Of a stretch of 64,000 nt of DNA, positions 18,369-28,035 are shown piece after piece; the stretch's first letter is position 1, and each line of letters begins with the position of its first letter. Below the pieces are notes generated by a model. It did not search any database, was not told the origin of the DNA, and saw nothing but the letters and a program-made list of their open reading frames with translations. Location of the stretch: IMG/VR virus record IMGVR_UViG_3300021425_002620, one strand, 5' to 3'. The translations under genes and the position numbers were made by a program. Source of the stretch: a virus. Its lineage: Duplodnaviria > Caudoviricetes.

Positions 18369-20678
18369 ATGGCACGACCATCATTCAATAATATTGGACT
18401 TAGACGAGATCTAAATCTAGCAGACGTAGATGACCCATCAGCAGCCTTAAACAACTTGCTTAATAACTTGGTTGTTACAGATGAAGGACAAACATTTAGT
18501 GGCGGCGATTTAGACGCTATTAAGGGCATATCAAATTCAACAGTTACTAATCGAGATATTGCTGCTATGGCAAACTTAGCAGTTAAAAACGCATATTTAG
18601 ACCCTGAAACAAACGAGATTGTAGAAGAAGTTGCTATACCTATTATTACAGTTAAAAACCAGTTAGATACAATTACTGCTACTACTAGTGATCCACCGTT
18701 TTTCAATGGCGGCGACGGCCTATTTTGTAGTTTTTACGAAACAGATCAAATTAATAACAATCTTAATATTAACTCAAGAGGTAGTGATGTTGTATTTGGC
18801 TCGCCTGTAGTTACTAAAAAGTTTTGGACCAACGGACTATTTGAATTTTCTAATAAACTTGACGATGCATTAAACGGTGCTAATGGTGCTATGCAATGGG
18901 AAGGTTATTATGTGCCTGACTCAAGCGGAACAACTACAATTAATATTGGTGCCACTGGTTATCTTATAGTTGAATTTGGCAACGAAAATGATGCATACGA
19001 AACCAAAAAAAATATATACACGCTTGAAAGGAGAGTATTTTCTACCTCAGGCACATCAGCAGATGAAAGAGTTAATATAACAGAGCAAGAAGCAAAAACT
19101 GTAGCAATTGGCGATAAAGTTACAGCAGCATTTGATAATAACGGCACTCCAATTTTAGCAACAGAAATTTCACAAGGACTAACAGTTGACGGTGTTGGAA
19201 CTACATCAATGGTTTTTAATCAACCTGTTACACTACCTGCAGGTTCTAGAATAGATCTTAGTTTAGAAGATCGTATCGGCGGGGACGAATACAGATTTAG
19301 TGTAATATTAACTAACTTAGAAAAATATGTTCCAAGATTGATTAGATTTACATTTTGGTTTCCAGGCGAAGAGATAAATTATTTTAACAAAGTCATAGAC
19401 GTCAACTTGTCAACTGCACAGCGACCAGGTAGTGGCAGTTTTCCTTATTGGTATTTGTACACTCAGGTAGGGGAAATTAATACCGAAGAAAGTTTTAAAG
19501 GATTTTATGATAAGCGTCTATTAATGGGTGGCGGAACTATTGGTCCTGAAGATCCTATTAATAGTACCCAATATAACGAATTTGCTAGTATATCACCTCT
19601 TGCTATGCGATATTCTCCGCCGCTAGTTTATAGTGATATATTACGAGCAGAATATAGATACAGTACACTAGAAGACAGTGAAGTGATTAGTGTGTCTACT
19701 ACTGATCCGTATACCGACGACATTGAAATTGGTAATATTATATTTGCAAATAGTTTACCAAACAGTGAATCTGAAGTTATTGAGGTTGCTAAAAATAGTA
19801 TTGTTATTGCAAAAGATGCAGCGTTATCAGATTCAACACTAGATATTTTATTCATAGATCATAGAGGATATGTTATGAGTGACTTCTGTACTAGTACAGG
19901 AGATATTGTTGCTGTAAACGATAACACAGGTATTAGAGTTGGTGACGTAGTTATTACACAATCTTATGCTGGATCAGTATATATTCGTGTAACAGAAATT
20001 GTTGGAAATTCCCAATTTAGAACTAGTGTTAATCTTGGAATTAGTTCTCTTGAAAGGATTTTTGTTTATAGAGATGCAGGCCTAAGTAATCATGCACTTG
20101 ATAACTATTGTATAGGGGTATTTGGTAAAGAAGTTGCAGTGTCAGCGGCTGCTGGAACAGAATACATTACCCTCGACGATATAACAGGTATTGGCATTGG
20201 CAACGTTATACAAAGTAGTCCGTTTATTGAAACTGTTGACCAATACGATCCTACTACACTTACATTTGTTACTGAAATAAATCCTAATGGTTATCCTGCA
20301 AATACTATACGAATAAGTGAACCAATATTAGGAACAGATCCTATGGTTGCTGGTACCACTGTAGTTATTTGTCCAAACAGTACTGTGCAGAATAAAGAAG
20401 CATGTGTTATACCGTTAAATACTGCTCCTCCGTTTATTGGTACTCCGGACGGATTAAGAACAACTGACGGGCAAGGCTCTGTTGTAGGATTAGAACTTGC
20501 TGGGTCAACAGATCCAAATGATGACGACCCAGTATTAAGAGTTATTAGTTTTACTGTTCAATCTTCTAGTAATATAGTAGAATTACCTGCAAGTGGAACT
20601 TTTAGTTTTGATAATAAAGTTCCTTTAAAAATACAGGGAAATCAGTATTATATATTATCTACTACAAATGGTAGTTAA
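18369..20678 (+). CDS. tail-associated protein with putative PA14-like domain
   Basis: Strand read from sequence: ATG GCA CGA CCA at 18369 on +, AGGAG SD; NLADV..P.AAL.NL tail-fibre-type motif; QWEGYYVP PA14-like segment. Confidence 0.65.
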   Translation: MARPSFNNIGLRRDLNLADVDDPSAALNNLLNNLVVTDEGQTFSGGDLDAIKGISNSTVTNRDIAAMANLAVKNAYLDPETNEIVEEVAIPIITVKNQLDTITATTSDPPFFNGGDGLFCSFYETDQINNNLNINSRGSDVVFGSPVVTKKFWTNGLFEFSNKLDDALNGANGAMQWEGYYVPDSSGTTTINIGATGYLIVEFGNENDAYETKKNIYTLERRVFSTSGTSADERVNITEQEAKTVAIGDKVTAAFDNNGTPILATEISQGLTVDGVGTTSMVFNQPVTLPAGSRIDLSLEDRIGGDEYRFSVILTNLEKYVPRLIRFTFWFPGEEINYFNKVIDVNLSTAQRPGSGSFPYWYLYTQVGEINTEESFKGFYDKRLLMGGGTIGPEDPINSTQYNEFASISPLAMRYSPPLVYSDILRAEYRYSTLEDSEVISVSTTDPYTDDIEIGNIIFANSLPNSESEVIEVAKNSIVIAKDAALSDSTLDILFIDHRGYVMSDFCTSTGDIVAVNDNTGIRVGDVVITQSYAGSVYIRVTEIVGNSQFRTSVNLGISSLERIFVYRDAGLSNHALDNYCIGVFGKEVAVSAAAGTEYITLDDITGIGIGNVIQSSPFIETVDQYDPTTLTFVTEINPNGYPANTIRISEPILGTDPMVAGTTVVICPNSTVQNKEACVIPLNTAPPFIGTPDGLRTTDGQGSVVGLELAGSTDPNDDDPVLRVISFTVQSSSNIVELPASGTFSFDNKVPLKIQGNQYYILSTTNGS

Positions 20679-21679
20679 ACATTTGATAAACAGAGGAAGT
20701 AAGTTACTCCGTTAAGCACAAAAGGAACTTTGTGTGTAAAATTAGTGGCATCAACATTGCCACTAGAACTTATAGCAGTAATACCTTGCACATCAAATCC
20801 GTTATTTAATATCAAATCGCCAGCAGTTACACTTAATGAACGGGTTGTTAAGTAATCATTAGTGCCATCATTAGTTTGCTCCCAAGGATTAAACGTATCT
20901 GAAAATGCTAATATTTTTTGAATATTAGTTAATGGACTTTCGGGATTAGTAATATATAGACCTGGACTGTTTAGGTTTAATCCTTCTTCAACAATAGTAT
21001 TACCAGGATCTCTAATAGTAAACACGCCTTCTAATTCAAAGTTATCATCTGTAGCAACATCTTCGTCGTTTACAAATTTCTTTCGTGCTTGATATTTTGC
21101 AACATCAAGATATTGGTAAATTTCTTGAAACGCTTCTGCATAGTCTAAATCATCAATTACTCCAAATGTGTTGCTACTATCGTCGCCGTCACCTGCAGAT
21201 AGTCCTGAACTAAAACTTGCAGTATCTTGTTCAACACCTAAGTATGTAAGATTGTCTAATACAACTTTATCAGAACGTATAACTTTAAAGTCGCCATCGG
21301 GTCTAAAAGTAAATTCGTCATCTAATTGAACATTATTTGCAAAACCAAATGTAGTTTCGCCATCACTGTCTCTTACAAATCCTGCTTCTTTAATAACAGT
21401 GCCGTCCAAATATTCAATTGAAATAGGATCACCGTTTGTAAATACTGCGCTTCTTAATCTTGATAGTTCTGCTGTATTATTAACAATAGTAACAAGACCA
21501 CTAATTCTATCATATTCGCCTGCAAATATAGTTAATTCTGACGTGTTAGAATTGTTGTTAATAAAAAGAGAAATATCATCAGCAATTGGAGCAGTACCTA
21601 AGTTATTAAGTGCTGTTCTATCTTGTGTGTTCTCAATTAAGTTTCCGGATTTAACAAATCCTTGTAATGCACCTGCCAT
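20675..21679 (-). CDS. tail-associated hypothetical protein
   Basis: Shares N-terminal ..NL.E....ALNNLG and C-terminal THKVP..+NG..Y motifs with neighbours. Confidence 0.65.
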   Translation of the reverse strand: MAGALQGFVKSGNLIENTQDRTALNNLGTAPIADDISLFINNNSNTSELTIFAGEYDRISGLVTIVNNTAELSRLRSAVFTNGDPISIEYLDGTVIKEAGFVRDSDGETTFGFANNVQLDDEFTFRPDGDFKVIRSDKVVLDNLTYLGVEQDTASFSSGLSAGDGDDSSNTFGVIDDLDYAEAFQEIYQYLDVAKYQARKKFVNDEDVATDDNFELEGVFTIRDPGNTIVEEGLNLNSPGLYITNPESPLTNIQKILAFSDTFNPWEQTNDGTNDYLTTRSLSVTAGDLILNNGFDVQGITAISSSGNVDATNFTHKVPFVLNGVTYFLCLSNV

Positions 21680-21680
21680 A

Positions 21681-24575
21681 TTAGTTCCTCATATTCCAAC
21701 CAGCAGCTCTTAAGAACTCTAGTTGTTCTACTGCTTCGCCTGTTATTGTTGCAGTGTTTGCTAAGTTTACACTTACACCACTACGTGGATTTGCTTCATA
21801 GTTTGCAACACAATCGGCAATAATATCATTTACTGCTTGACCTGTAAGTGTTGGGTTATTACTTAAATCAAATCTTCTTAATGATCTCATACCAACAATA
21901 GCACCTACTGTATAGCCACTAAACAAGTTATTGTTTAGATATAAGTCATAACACAATTCTAAATTACTCATTGAAGGAACATTACCTGCAATTTGGTTGT
22001 AACTAAGGAATAGTCTTAAGATATTAGGTGTTGCAAGACCGTTAAACTCAGTTAGCTGATTTCTATGTAGGTACAGATATCTTAATCCTAAACTTTCAAT
22101 AATAGGAACAGCGCCTGATAACAAGTTTTGATATAGGTGTACATAGTAAACACTTGGATTATTAAATAAACTTGGTACTGTTCCTGTAAATTTATTTTGC
22201 AAAAATACAACATATCTTAAACGTTGCATCGATGCGAAACTTGGTATATTACCTGTTACACCTCTATTAAAACTACGTATTTCCAATCCACGCATGTTAG
22301 ATGATTTTGAAAACAAATCCGGATGAAGTGGTGCATTAAATAAACTACTACTGCTTATTCTAAAATACTGCATAGTTGTAAAACAATCATCAAATAAATC
22401 TTCATGTAATACATATTCTCTATCTACTACTCTAATATTAGAGTAGTTTATAGCATTTGTTGATAAGTCTGCTGTAAACACTGTATACTTTGTACTTGCA
22501 CCTGCACCAACTTGTGTAAAATCTACTCTAACTCTAGCATTTGTTGCGTTTGTAGCAGTAGTAGAAGTAGCCTGAAATACTGTTCCAACAGTATTGTTAG
22601 CAGCACCTAATGTAGTAAAGTCAAAATCACTACTATCTACAATTTGATAGTATTCGTCAAGAACAATATTATTTGTTGTTACATCAGGGTTATACCAAAT
22701 TTGATATTCTATGCCATCTTCCATATCAATAGCATCAATCATTTTACCACCCGATATTCTACTGTATCTTGATTCAAACTGATACAGTACATTATTACCT
22801 TGGAATTTACCAATTGGTCCGTAATATCTATTACTGTAGCAATAAATTCTTTGTAAAGAACTACAGTTTAAAAACTTATAATCTCCTGCTGGAGTATATA
22901 ATAGTCCGTCATCTGTGATACTGCCGCCTCGTTGATAATGATTATAAAAGTTTCTTAATGTAGTTTTTCCTGTTAGATTTGGATTGTTAATACCCTGATT
23001 ATTTCCAATATTGATGTAATCAATATCGTTACTATCAATTCTAAAATTAGGTTCAGTTATACTATTAGCATATAAATTAAGCACTCTTAGATTTGGTAAT
23101 GACATTAGACTATCTGGTATATTATCAAATTGATTACGATATGCATAATAATTTCTACAAGTTATATGTACTTCGGGTAAAAATCCATCTGGGTCTGCAC
23201 TATCTCTACCAAAAAAGTTTCTTGCTCCGCCTCTACTGTGACTGTTTAAATTAAGCGTAACTAGTTTAGGTAATCCTGTTGTTAAATCTGCGACAGTTCC
23301 TGTTCCACCTGCATCAGTGCCTGTTGCAGTAAATGTTTGGTATAGAGCATTTGTTCCAGCACCTACTGTTGCAAAGTTTGAAACTGCTCCACCTTGACCG
23401 TCGTCTAATGTCAATATTGTATACTGTCTTCCAATTACAAGATTTCCGTCTGTAATTGTATCTGGTTTAAAGTTCCCTGTGATAGAACCATTGTATGTGT
23501 TTCCAAAACGTATTTCAGTTACAGTTTTTGGTATTCTATCAACAACTGCTTGGTTAAAAGATCTAAGATTTGGATCACCACTTAACTCCATATTATTTTC
23601 ACGTATATCTAACAATAGTAGATTTGGTGCAAAAACAGTAAAGTCTGGCATTGTTTTAATTAAGTTCCTGTATATGTATATGTACTGTAAACTTTCCAAA
23701 GAAGCCAATGGTAGTTCTTCAATACCAACTGCATATAACGGAAGTGTTCGAATATTGTTTGGATTATGATATATTTCGATATTTTTACTTGCAGCCCTAG
23801 TGTCTCTATATCTTAAAAAACTTCGAGTAGTATCAGATCCACCAACGTTCTCATATTCTCTAGTTAAGTATTCAGCAGTATTGTTGACAATTCTCCAACT
23901 TACTGCACCTCTATTAACTAATCTTAGATCACTATCAAGATTTCTAAAGAAACCTTTAAACACCAAAGGAATACCTTTCATAGCATAAAAATATAAAGTA
24001 CTACCGTTTAGTTCTATTTCTATTTTGTGTGTCGGAACTTCAGAATCCCTAAAACGAACTGCGATTGGAGGATCTAATAATTCAATTTCAGGTGTTTTTA
24101 CAGGCCCATCAACTTCTACAGCACCACCATAAAAAATAGGACTTATTTCTGTAGAGTTTGGACTGTCTGGAGAACTCCAACTAGATATACGACTTGTTGA
24201 AATATCTGCATATTTTAGTGTTATATCGTCTGCTTTATCAATATATTGATACTTAATACTTGCAGCACCTAGCTGTCCATTAATAGTTAGGTTGCCTTTT
24301 AAAGGCTCTGTTGTTCCTGCTGTTTGATCAATAATACTTGCATATTGTTGTGTATCAGTATAAAGTTTAGTTAGATATGTTTGTACTGGAACATTAAGGC
24401 CACTAAGAGCTCTAACATCATCTGCTGTAATGCCTAAGTCGCCTGCTGCACCACGAATAACATCTAAGTCTTTTATGTCCACGCCTATGTTTGCTAGAGC
24501 TTGCGTATTGTTAACAATATCTGCTAGGTTTCGGTTTACATTAAGTCCAAACTTTAATTCGCCTTCAACTGCCAT
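21681..24575 (-). CDS. leucine-rich-repeat tail-region protein
   Basis: Many LxxLxLxxNxL/F repeats (LRVLNLYANSI, LRYVVFLQNKFTGTVP, LRYLYLHRNQL, CYDLYLNNNLFSG). Confidence 0.8.
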   Translation of the reverse strand: MAVEGELKFGLNVNRNLADIVNNTQALANIGVDIKDLDVIRGAAGDLGITADDVRALSGLNVPVQTYLTKLYTDTQQYASIIDQTAGTTEPLKGNLTINGQLGAASIKYQYIDKADDITLKYADISTSRISSWSSPDSPNSTEISPIFYGGAVEVDGPVKTPEIELLDPPIAVRFRDSEVPTHKIEIELNGSTLYFYAMKGIPLVFKGFFRNLDSDLRLVNRGAVSWRIVNNTAEYLTREYENVGGSDTTRSFLRYRDTRAASKNIEIYHNPNNIRTLPLYAVGIEELPLASLESLQYIYIYRNLIKTMPDFTVFAPNLLLLDIRENNMELSGDPNLRSFNQAVVDRIPKTVTEIRFGNTYNGSITGNFKPDTITDGNLVIGRQYTILTLDDGQGGAVSNFATVGAGTNALYQTFTATGTDAGGTGTVADLTTGLPKLVTLNLNSHSRGGARNFFGRDSADPDGFLPEVHITCRNYYAYRNQFDNIPDSLMSLPNLRVLNLYANSITEPNFRIDSNDIDYINIGNNQGINNPNLTGKTTLRNFYNHYQRGGSITDDGLLYTPAGDYKFLNCSSLQRIYCYSNRYYGPIGKFQGNNVLYQFESRYSRISGGKMIDAIDMEDGIEYQIWYNPDVTTNNIVLDEYYQIVDSSDFDFTTLGAANNTVGTVFQATSTTATNATNARVRVDFTQVGAGASTKYTVFTADLSTNAINYSNIRVVDREYVLHEDLFDDCFTTMQYFRISSSSLFNAPLHPDLFSKSSNMRGLEIRSFNRGVTGNIPSFASMQRLRYVVFLQNKFTGTVPSLFNNPSVYYVHLYQNLLSGAVPIIESLGLRYLYLHRNQLTEFNGLATPNILRLFLSYNQIAGNVPSMSNLELCYDLYLNNNLFSGYTVGAIVGMRSLRRFDLSNNPTLTGQAVNDIIADCVANYEANPRSGVSVNLANTATITGEAVEQLEFLRAAGWNMRN

Positions 24576-24579
24576 TTGT

Positions 24580-27500
24580 TTATGCTTCCTTAGTTGTAAT
24601 ACTTACGCTTACAAGATTTTCGTCATTGTTTTCTAAACTTCTTGCTGTTACGAAAGTTGCTGTTGTATTTAACACTCCCGGCGATATGGTTGTTCTATCT
24701 GGGCCATAAACACTATCTAGTTTAAATGAGTTACTTTTGTTTGGTGCAACATAAAGGGTATCTTTTAGTATACCTGGTCTTAAAGGTTGAACATTTTGTA
24801 CATCAACACTTGTACTTGCTAATCTTTCTTTTTCAAGATAGTTTGCAGCAGGAACATTAGTTAAAGAACTTCCGCTTGTAACAATTTCTATGCCGTCATT
24901 TGTAAGCCACTCTGGGCTAAATGCTCTTGTTGTTCCATTAATAAACTCAGTAATAGTAATATTATTTACTTCGGCATTGTCGCGCATCCATATAGTTGCA
25001 TACAATGGTTTTGGTTGGAAACTAAAGATTTTTGATTTTGAAATATATTTTCTATCGTCGCCAGTTAATGATTTATCTTCAATTCGAATTGGACTTAGTT
25101 TTAAGGTAAACGAAGCATTTTGAGGGTCGCCGCTTATTGGAGCATAATATGCAATAGCTTGACTTTGAGCATTTGCAATATAGTCGTCAATTTCGCCGGT
25201 AAAGAATAATCCACTTGAATTATCTCCTATACCAAACTCTCCTCCTGTTAGTAAAAAGTCGCCTAATAGTTCACTTGGCTCTGACTCCCAAATAATATAA
25301 TGTCCATCTTCTTGTTGTGTAACAGGATTAACAGTTTGATAGTTAACTTGGAATTCAAGCCTGTCATCTATAGTAATTGTTACGCCAGAACAAACTCCAG
25401 AATCTGCACCTGCTGGTCGAGGCAATCTATAATCAATATCTAATCTAACACCTGCTGGTGAATCGCCTTCATTTTCTTCATAGCCGTCTCTGTCTCTATA
25501 TATACTTGACTGTGTAAACTCTGCATATAGTACATCGCCTAATGCAGGATCATCATTTGTTATACCATCCTTGCGTTGAAATTTTAATTTTTCAACTGGT
25601 GTACCTTGTGGATTTAGTTCTGAAACTAGTACTGGTTTCTTTTCTGTTACTCCAACTATAAATTCACAAAAATGACCAAAAGACTCTCTTCTTACAGGAT
25701 TTAAAAAATTAATATCAAAAGCATTTCCTGTAATAGGATATGTTGCTCCTGCTACAGCATCATAATAACTTGTAAATCTAACTTGTGTTAGGTCTAATGT
25801 AGTAAGCTCTACAACACCGTCTATTCCTCCTGCTATACGCACTTCTTGTGGTAATACATCAGGAGCCTTAACGTAAAGGTCTTCTAAACCAATTCTTTGA
25901 AAAGTACCACCATCTTCGCCTGATGGATCTGCATATGTACTGAATACTCCATCAACAATCAATTTTGCATCATCATCAATAGTTCTTAATATAGGATACC
26001 CTGCGGCAGTACCTCCACTAACGTAATCACCATATAAACTACTGTCAACCGCGAGAGTTAAATTAGCATCTGTGTAAAGGCCAAATGTAGTATCACTGAA
26101 TACATAAACATAATACTCGTAAGTATTAACTTCAGTCATACCAACAACGTCTTCAATAGTAACTTTTTGTTTATCGTAGTATCCGTGTGCTGTTGCAGTA
26201 GTTACTGTTGCATACGAATCTTTAGTAATATTAGTTATAGCAATTGGATCTTGTGGATTAATAGTAAAGTTTTGTCCAGAAGCATCAACGTTAATACTTC
26301 TAATTTGTCCATTTTGAGTTGCATGTAAACTAGGACTATAATGATGTCCAAAGCCAGGACATCCGTCAATCTCTCTTACTTCTAGTTGTGTTAATTGATC
26401 TGCATCTACTTTTAAATCTACAGGGTACACGTTCTTTTTATTTGGCTTTGCAATACCGTCTTGGTTTCTAATAACTTGCTTAGGATATATTCCTAAAATA
26501 CTATTATCTCTTGCAGCATTTACTGGCTTGCTATCTGCAGAATAAGTGTAAAATTTACCTGCTGAATTATCACCACCGTCAATATAACACGAAGCACCAT
26601 ACTTATACAAGTATTGTGGAGTTCTAACACTTGAAGTATCATTAATATCTTGTAGATATAAGAATTTAAAATAAGGATCTTGCAAACATGGTTCGCCTAA
26701 TTGGTTTTCGATTGTTAATGTGTGTATTAACACCCATCGTGCATCTCCATTGTCTACAGGAACATATGCATAAAATTTTGCACCAATAGCACCGTACCAA
26801 CCAAATTCAATTTTATACATAGTAACTTTAGTTGGATCAAGTAAGTATCCACTACGTCCATTACCATTTAACGGATCACCATTAAAGAACTCTCTTTGAA
26901 TAACTAGTTCGTAAAATTCATCTTCGCTATACGGTTCTCTAGATTGAACAACTACTTGATCTTCAGGTTGGAAGCCCATATTATTTAATACTTCGTTTGG
27001 AAGTCTAACAGTACTACGTCTAACAATGTTAAATTGTGGACCTCTAATTTGAAACACATATTGATCAGTAGGATTACCTATTCCCCATTCTATAATATTT
27101 TCTAATGATGCTTCGTCACGTGAGCAACGGAAACCATATGTAAATCCTGAAATACGTCCTGGCTGATATCTGTATGCTTTTTTACTTGTTAATTGTCCGT
27201 AATATTTGTTAGTACTGCTTGCACCTGGACGAGTGTTTGTAGCGTCATATCCGTCTGGAAATTTAATAGGCTTACCTGTGCCAGGATGTAGCAATAAACT
27301 ATCACGCATATCCATCCATGCTTGACACCATACTTCTATTAGGTCATATCCGTATTGCTCGTCTTCAGGGTATATAATTTCATCATCTTGTTCGTAAACT
27401 AGAGCAGGATCTAAGAAATTATTTTTAGCAAAATCAGGATACACGCCAGTAAATTCTTGGAACATAATATTTCCAAGTTCTACAAATTTTGTATACCTTG

Positions 27501-28032
27501 CCCATTGCTGAACATTGTAGTTAGGATAGTTTGGGCCATTTGGTGCAGTAAATGCTACAGGAAAACTTTCAATTGTTAATGCTTGTTCATTAATATTTTC
27601 TACAAGGCGAGTATAATAATGGTCGCCATAAATTTTATTGTTGCGTCTATACCATCCGACCGGACGTCCAAATACGCCATTAAATTGATAAAACTCCCAT
27701 TCTTCAGGATTACGACCATATGTTGATACGTCTGAGAATAAACTTAACTGTACTTCGCCTCTAGGTATACCTAATAATGTTGTAGAAACTTCCGATGTTT
27801 CAGCAAATATTTCTTGTATACCTAAAGATGTATCAGGTGCTTCGTTGTTTACTACAACACTTAAAGAGTTTTCTGCTTTAGATAATGCTTCTACAGGACC
27901 TTCTTCTTCTGTTACAAGGATATTCCCATTACTATCACGTAGAGGAACACCTTGTACAATATCATAAAGCGGAACAAGGGTTTTAACTGTAGGTATGGGT
28001 ATAATATCATGACCTATCTTAATCTGAGGCAT
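24580..28032 (-). CDS. large putative virion protein (paralogue A)
   Basis: Shares LLGIPR.E, RYQPGR.S, WYGA.GA...YVPVDNGDARWV, KYGAS.YIDGGD with 28036-33798. Confidence 0.7.
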   Translation of the reverse strand: MPQIKIGHDIIPIPTVKTLVPLYDIVQGVPLRDSNGNILVTEEEGPVEALSKAENSLSVVVNNEAPDTSLGIQEIFAETSEVSTTLLGIPRGEVQLSLFSDVSTYGRNPEEWEFYQFNGVFGRPVGWYRRNNKIYGDHYYTRLVENINEQALTIESFPVAFTAPNGPNYPNYNVQQWARYTKFVELGNIMFQEFTGVYPDFAKNNFLDPALVYEQDDEIIYPEDEQYGYDLIEVWCQAWMDMRDSLLLHPGTGKPIKFPDGYDATNTRPGASSTNKYYGQLTSKKAYRYQPGRISGFTYGFRCSRDEASLENIIEWGIGNPTDQYVFQIRGPQFNIVRRSTVRLPNEVLNNMGFQPEDQVVVQSREPYSEDEFYELVIQREFFNGDPLNGNGRSGYLLDPTKVTMYKIEFGWYGAIGAKFYAYVPVDNGDARWVLIHTLTIENQLGEPCLQDPYFKFLYLQDINDTSSVRTPQYLYKYGASCYIDGGDNSAGKFYTYSADSKPVNAARDNSILGIYPKQVIRNQDGIAKPNKKNVYPVDLKVDADQLTQLEVREIDGCPGFGHHYSPSLHATQNGQIRSINVDASGQNFTINPQDPIAITNITKDSYATVTTATAHGYYDKQKVTIEDVVGMTEVNTYEYYVYVFSDTTFGLYTDANLTLAVDSSLYGDYVSGGTAAGYPILRTIDDDAKLIVDGVFSTYADPSGEDGGTFQRIGLEDLYVKAPDVLPQEVRIAGGIDGVVELTTLDLTQVRFTSYYDAVAGATYPITGNAFDINFLNPVRRESFGHFCEFIVGVTEKKPVLVSELNPQGTPVEKLKFQRKDGITNDDPALGDVLYAEFTQSSIYRDRDGYEENEGDSPAGVRLDIDYRLPRPAGADSGVCSGVTITIDDRLEFQVNYQTVNPVTQQEDGHYIIWESEPSELLGDFLLTGGEFGIGDNSSGLFFTGEIDDYIANAQSQAIAYYAPISGDPQNASFTLKLSPIRIEDKSLTGDDRKYISKSKIFSFQPKPLYATIWMRDNAEVNNITITEFINGTTRAFSPEWLTNDGIEIVTSGSSLTNVPAANYLEKERLASTSVDVQNVQPLRPGILKDTLYVAPNKSNSFKLDSVYGPDRTTISPGVLNTTATFVTARSLENNDENLVSVSITTKEA

Positions 28033-28035
28033 GGA

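Noticed and set aside
18310-20700. Invertible segment to explain the lone plus-strand tail gene
   Set aside because: No flanking inverted repeats or recombinase seen; the gene has its own late-type motif and overlaps its neighbour's stop by 4 nt.
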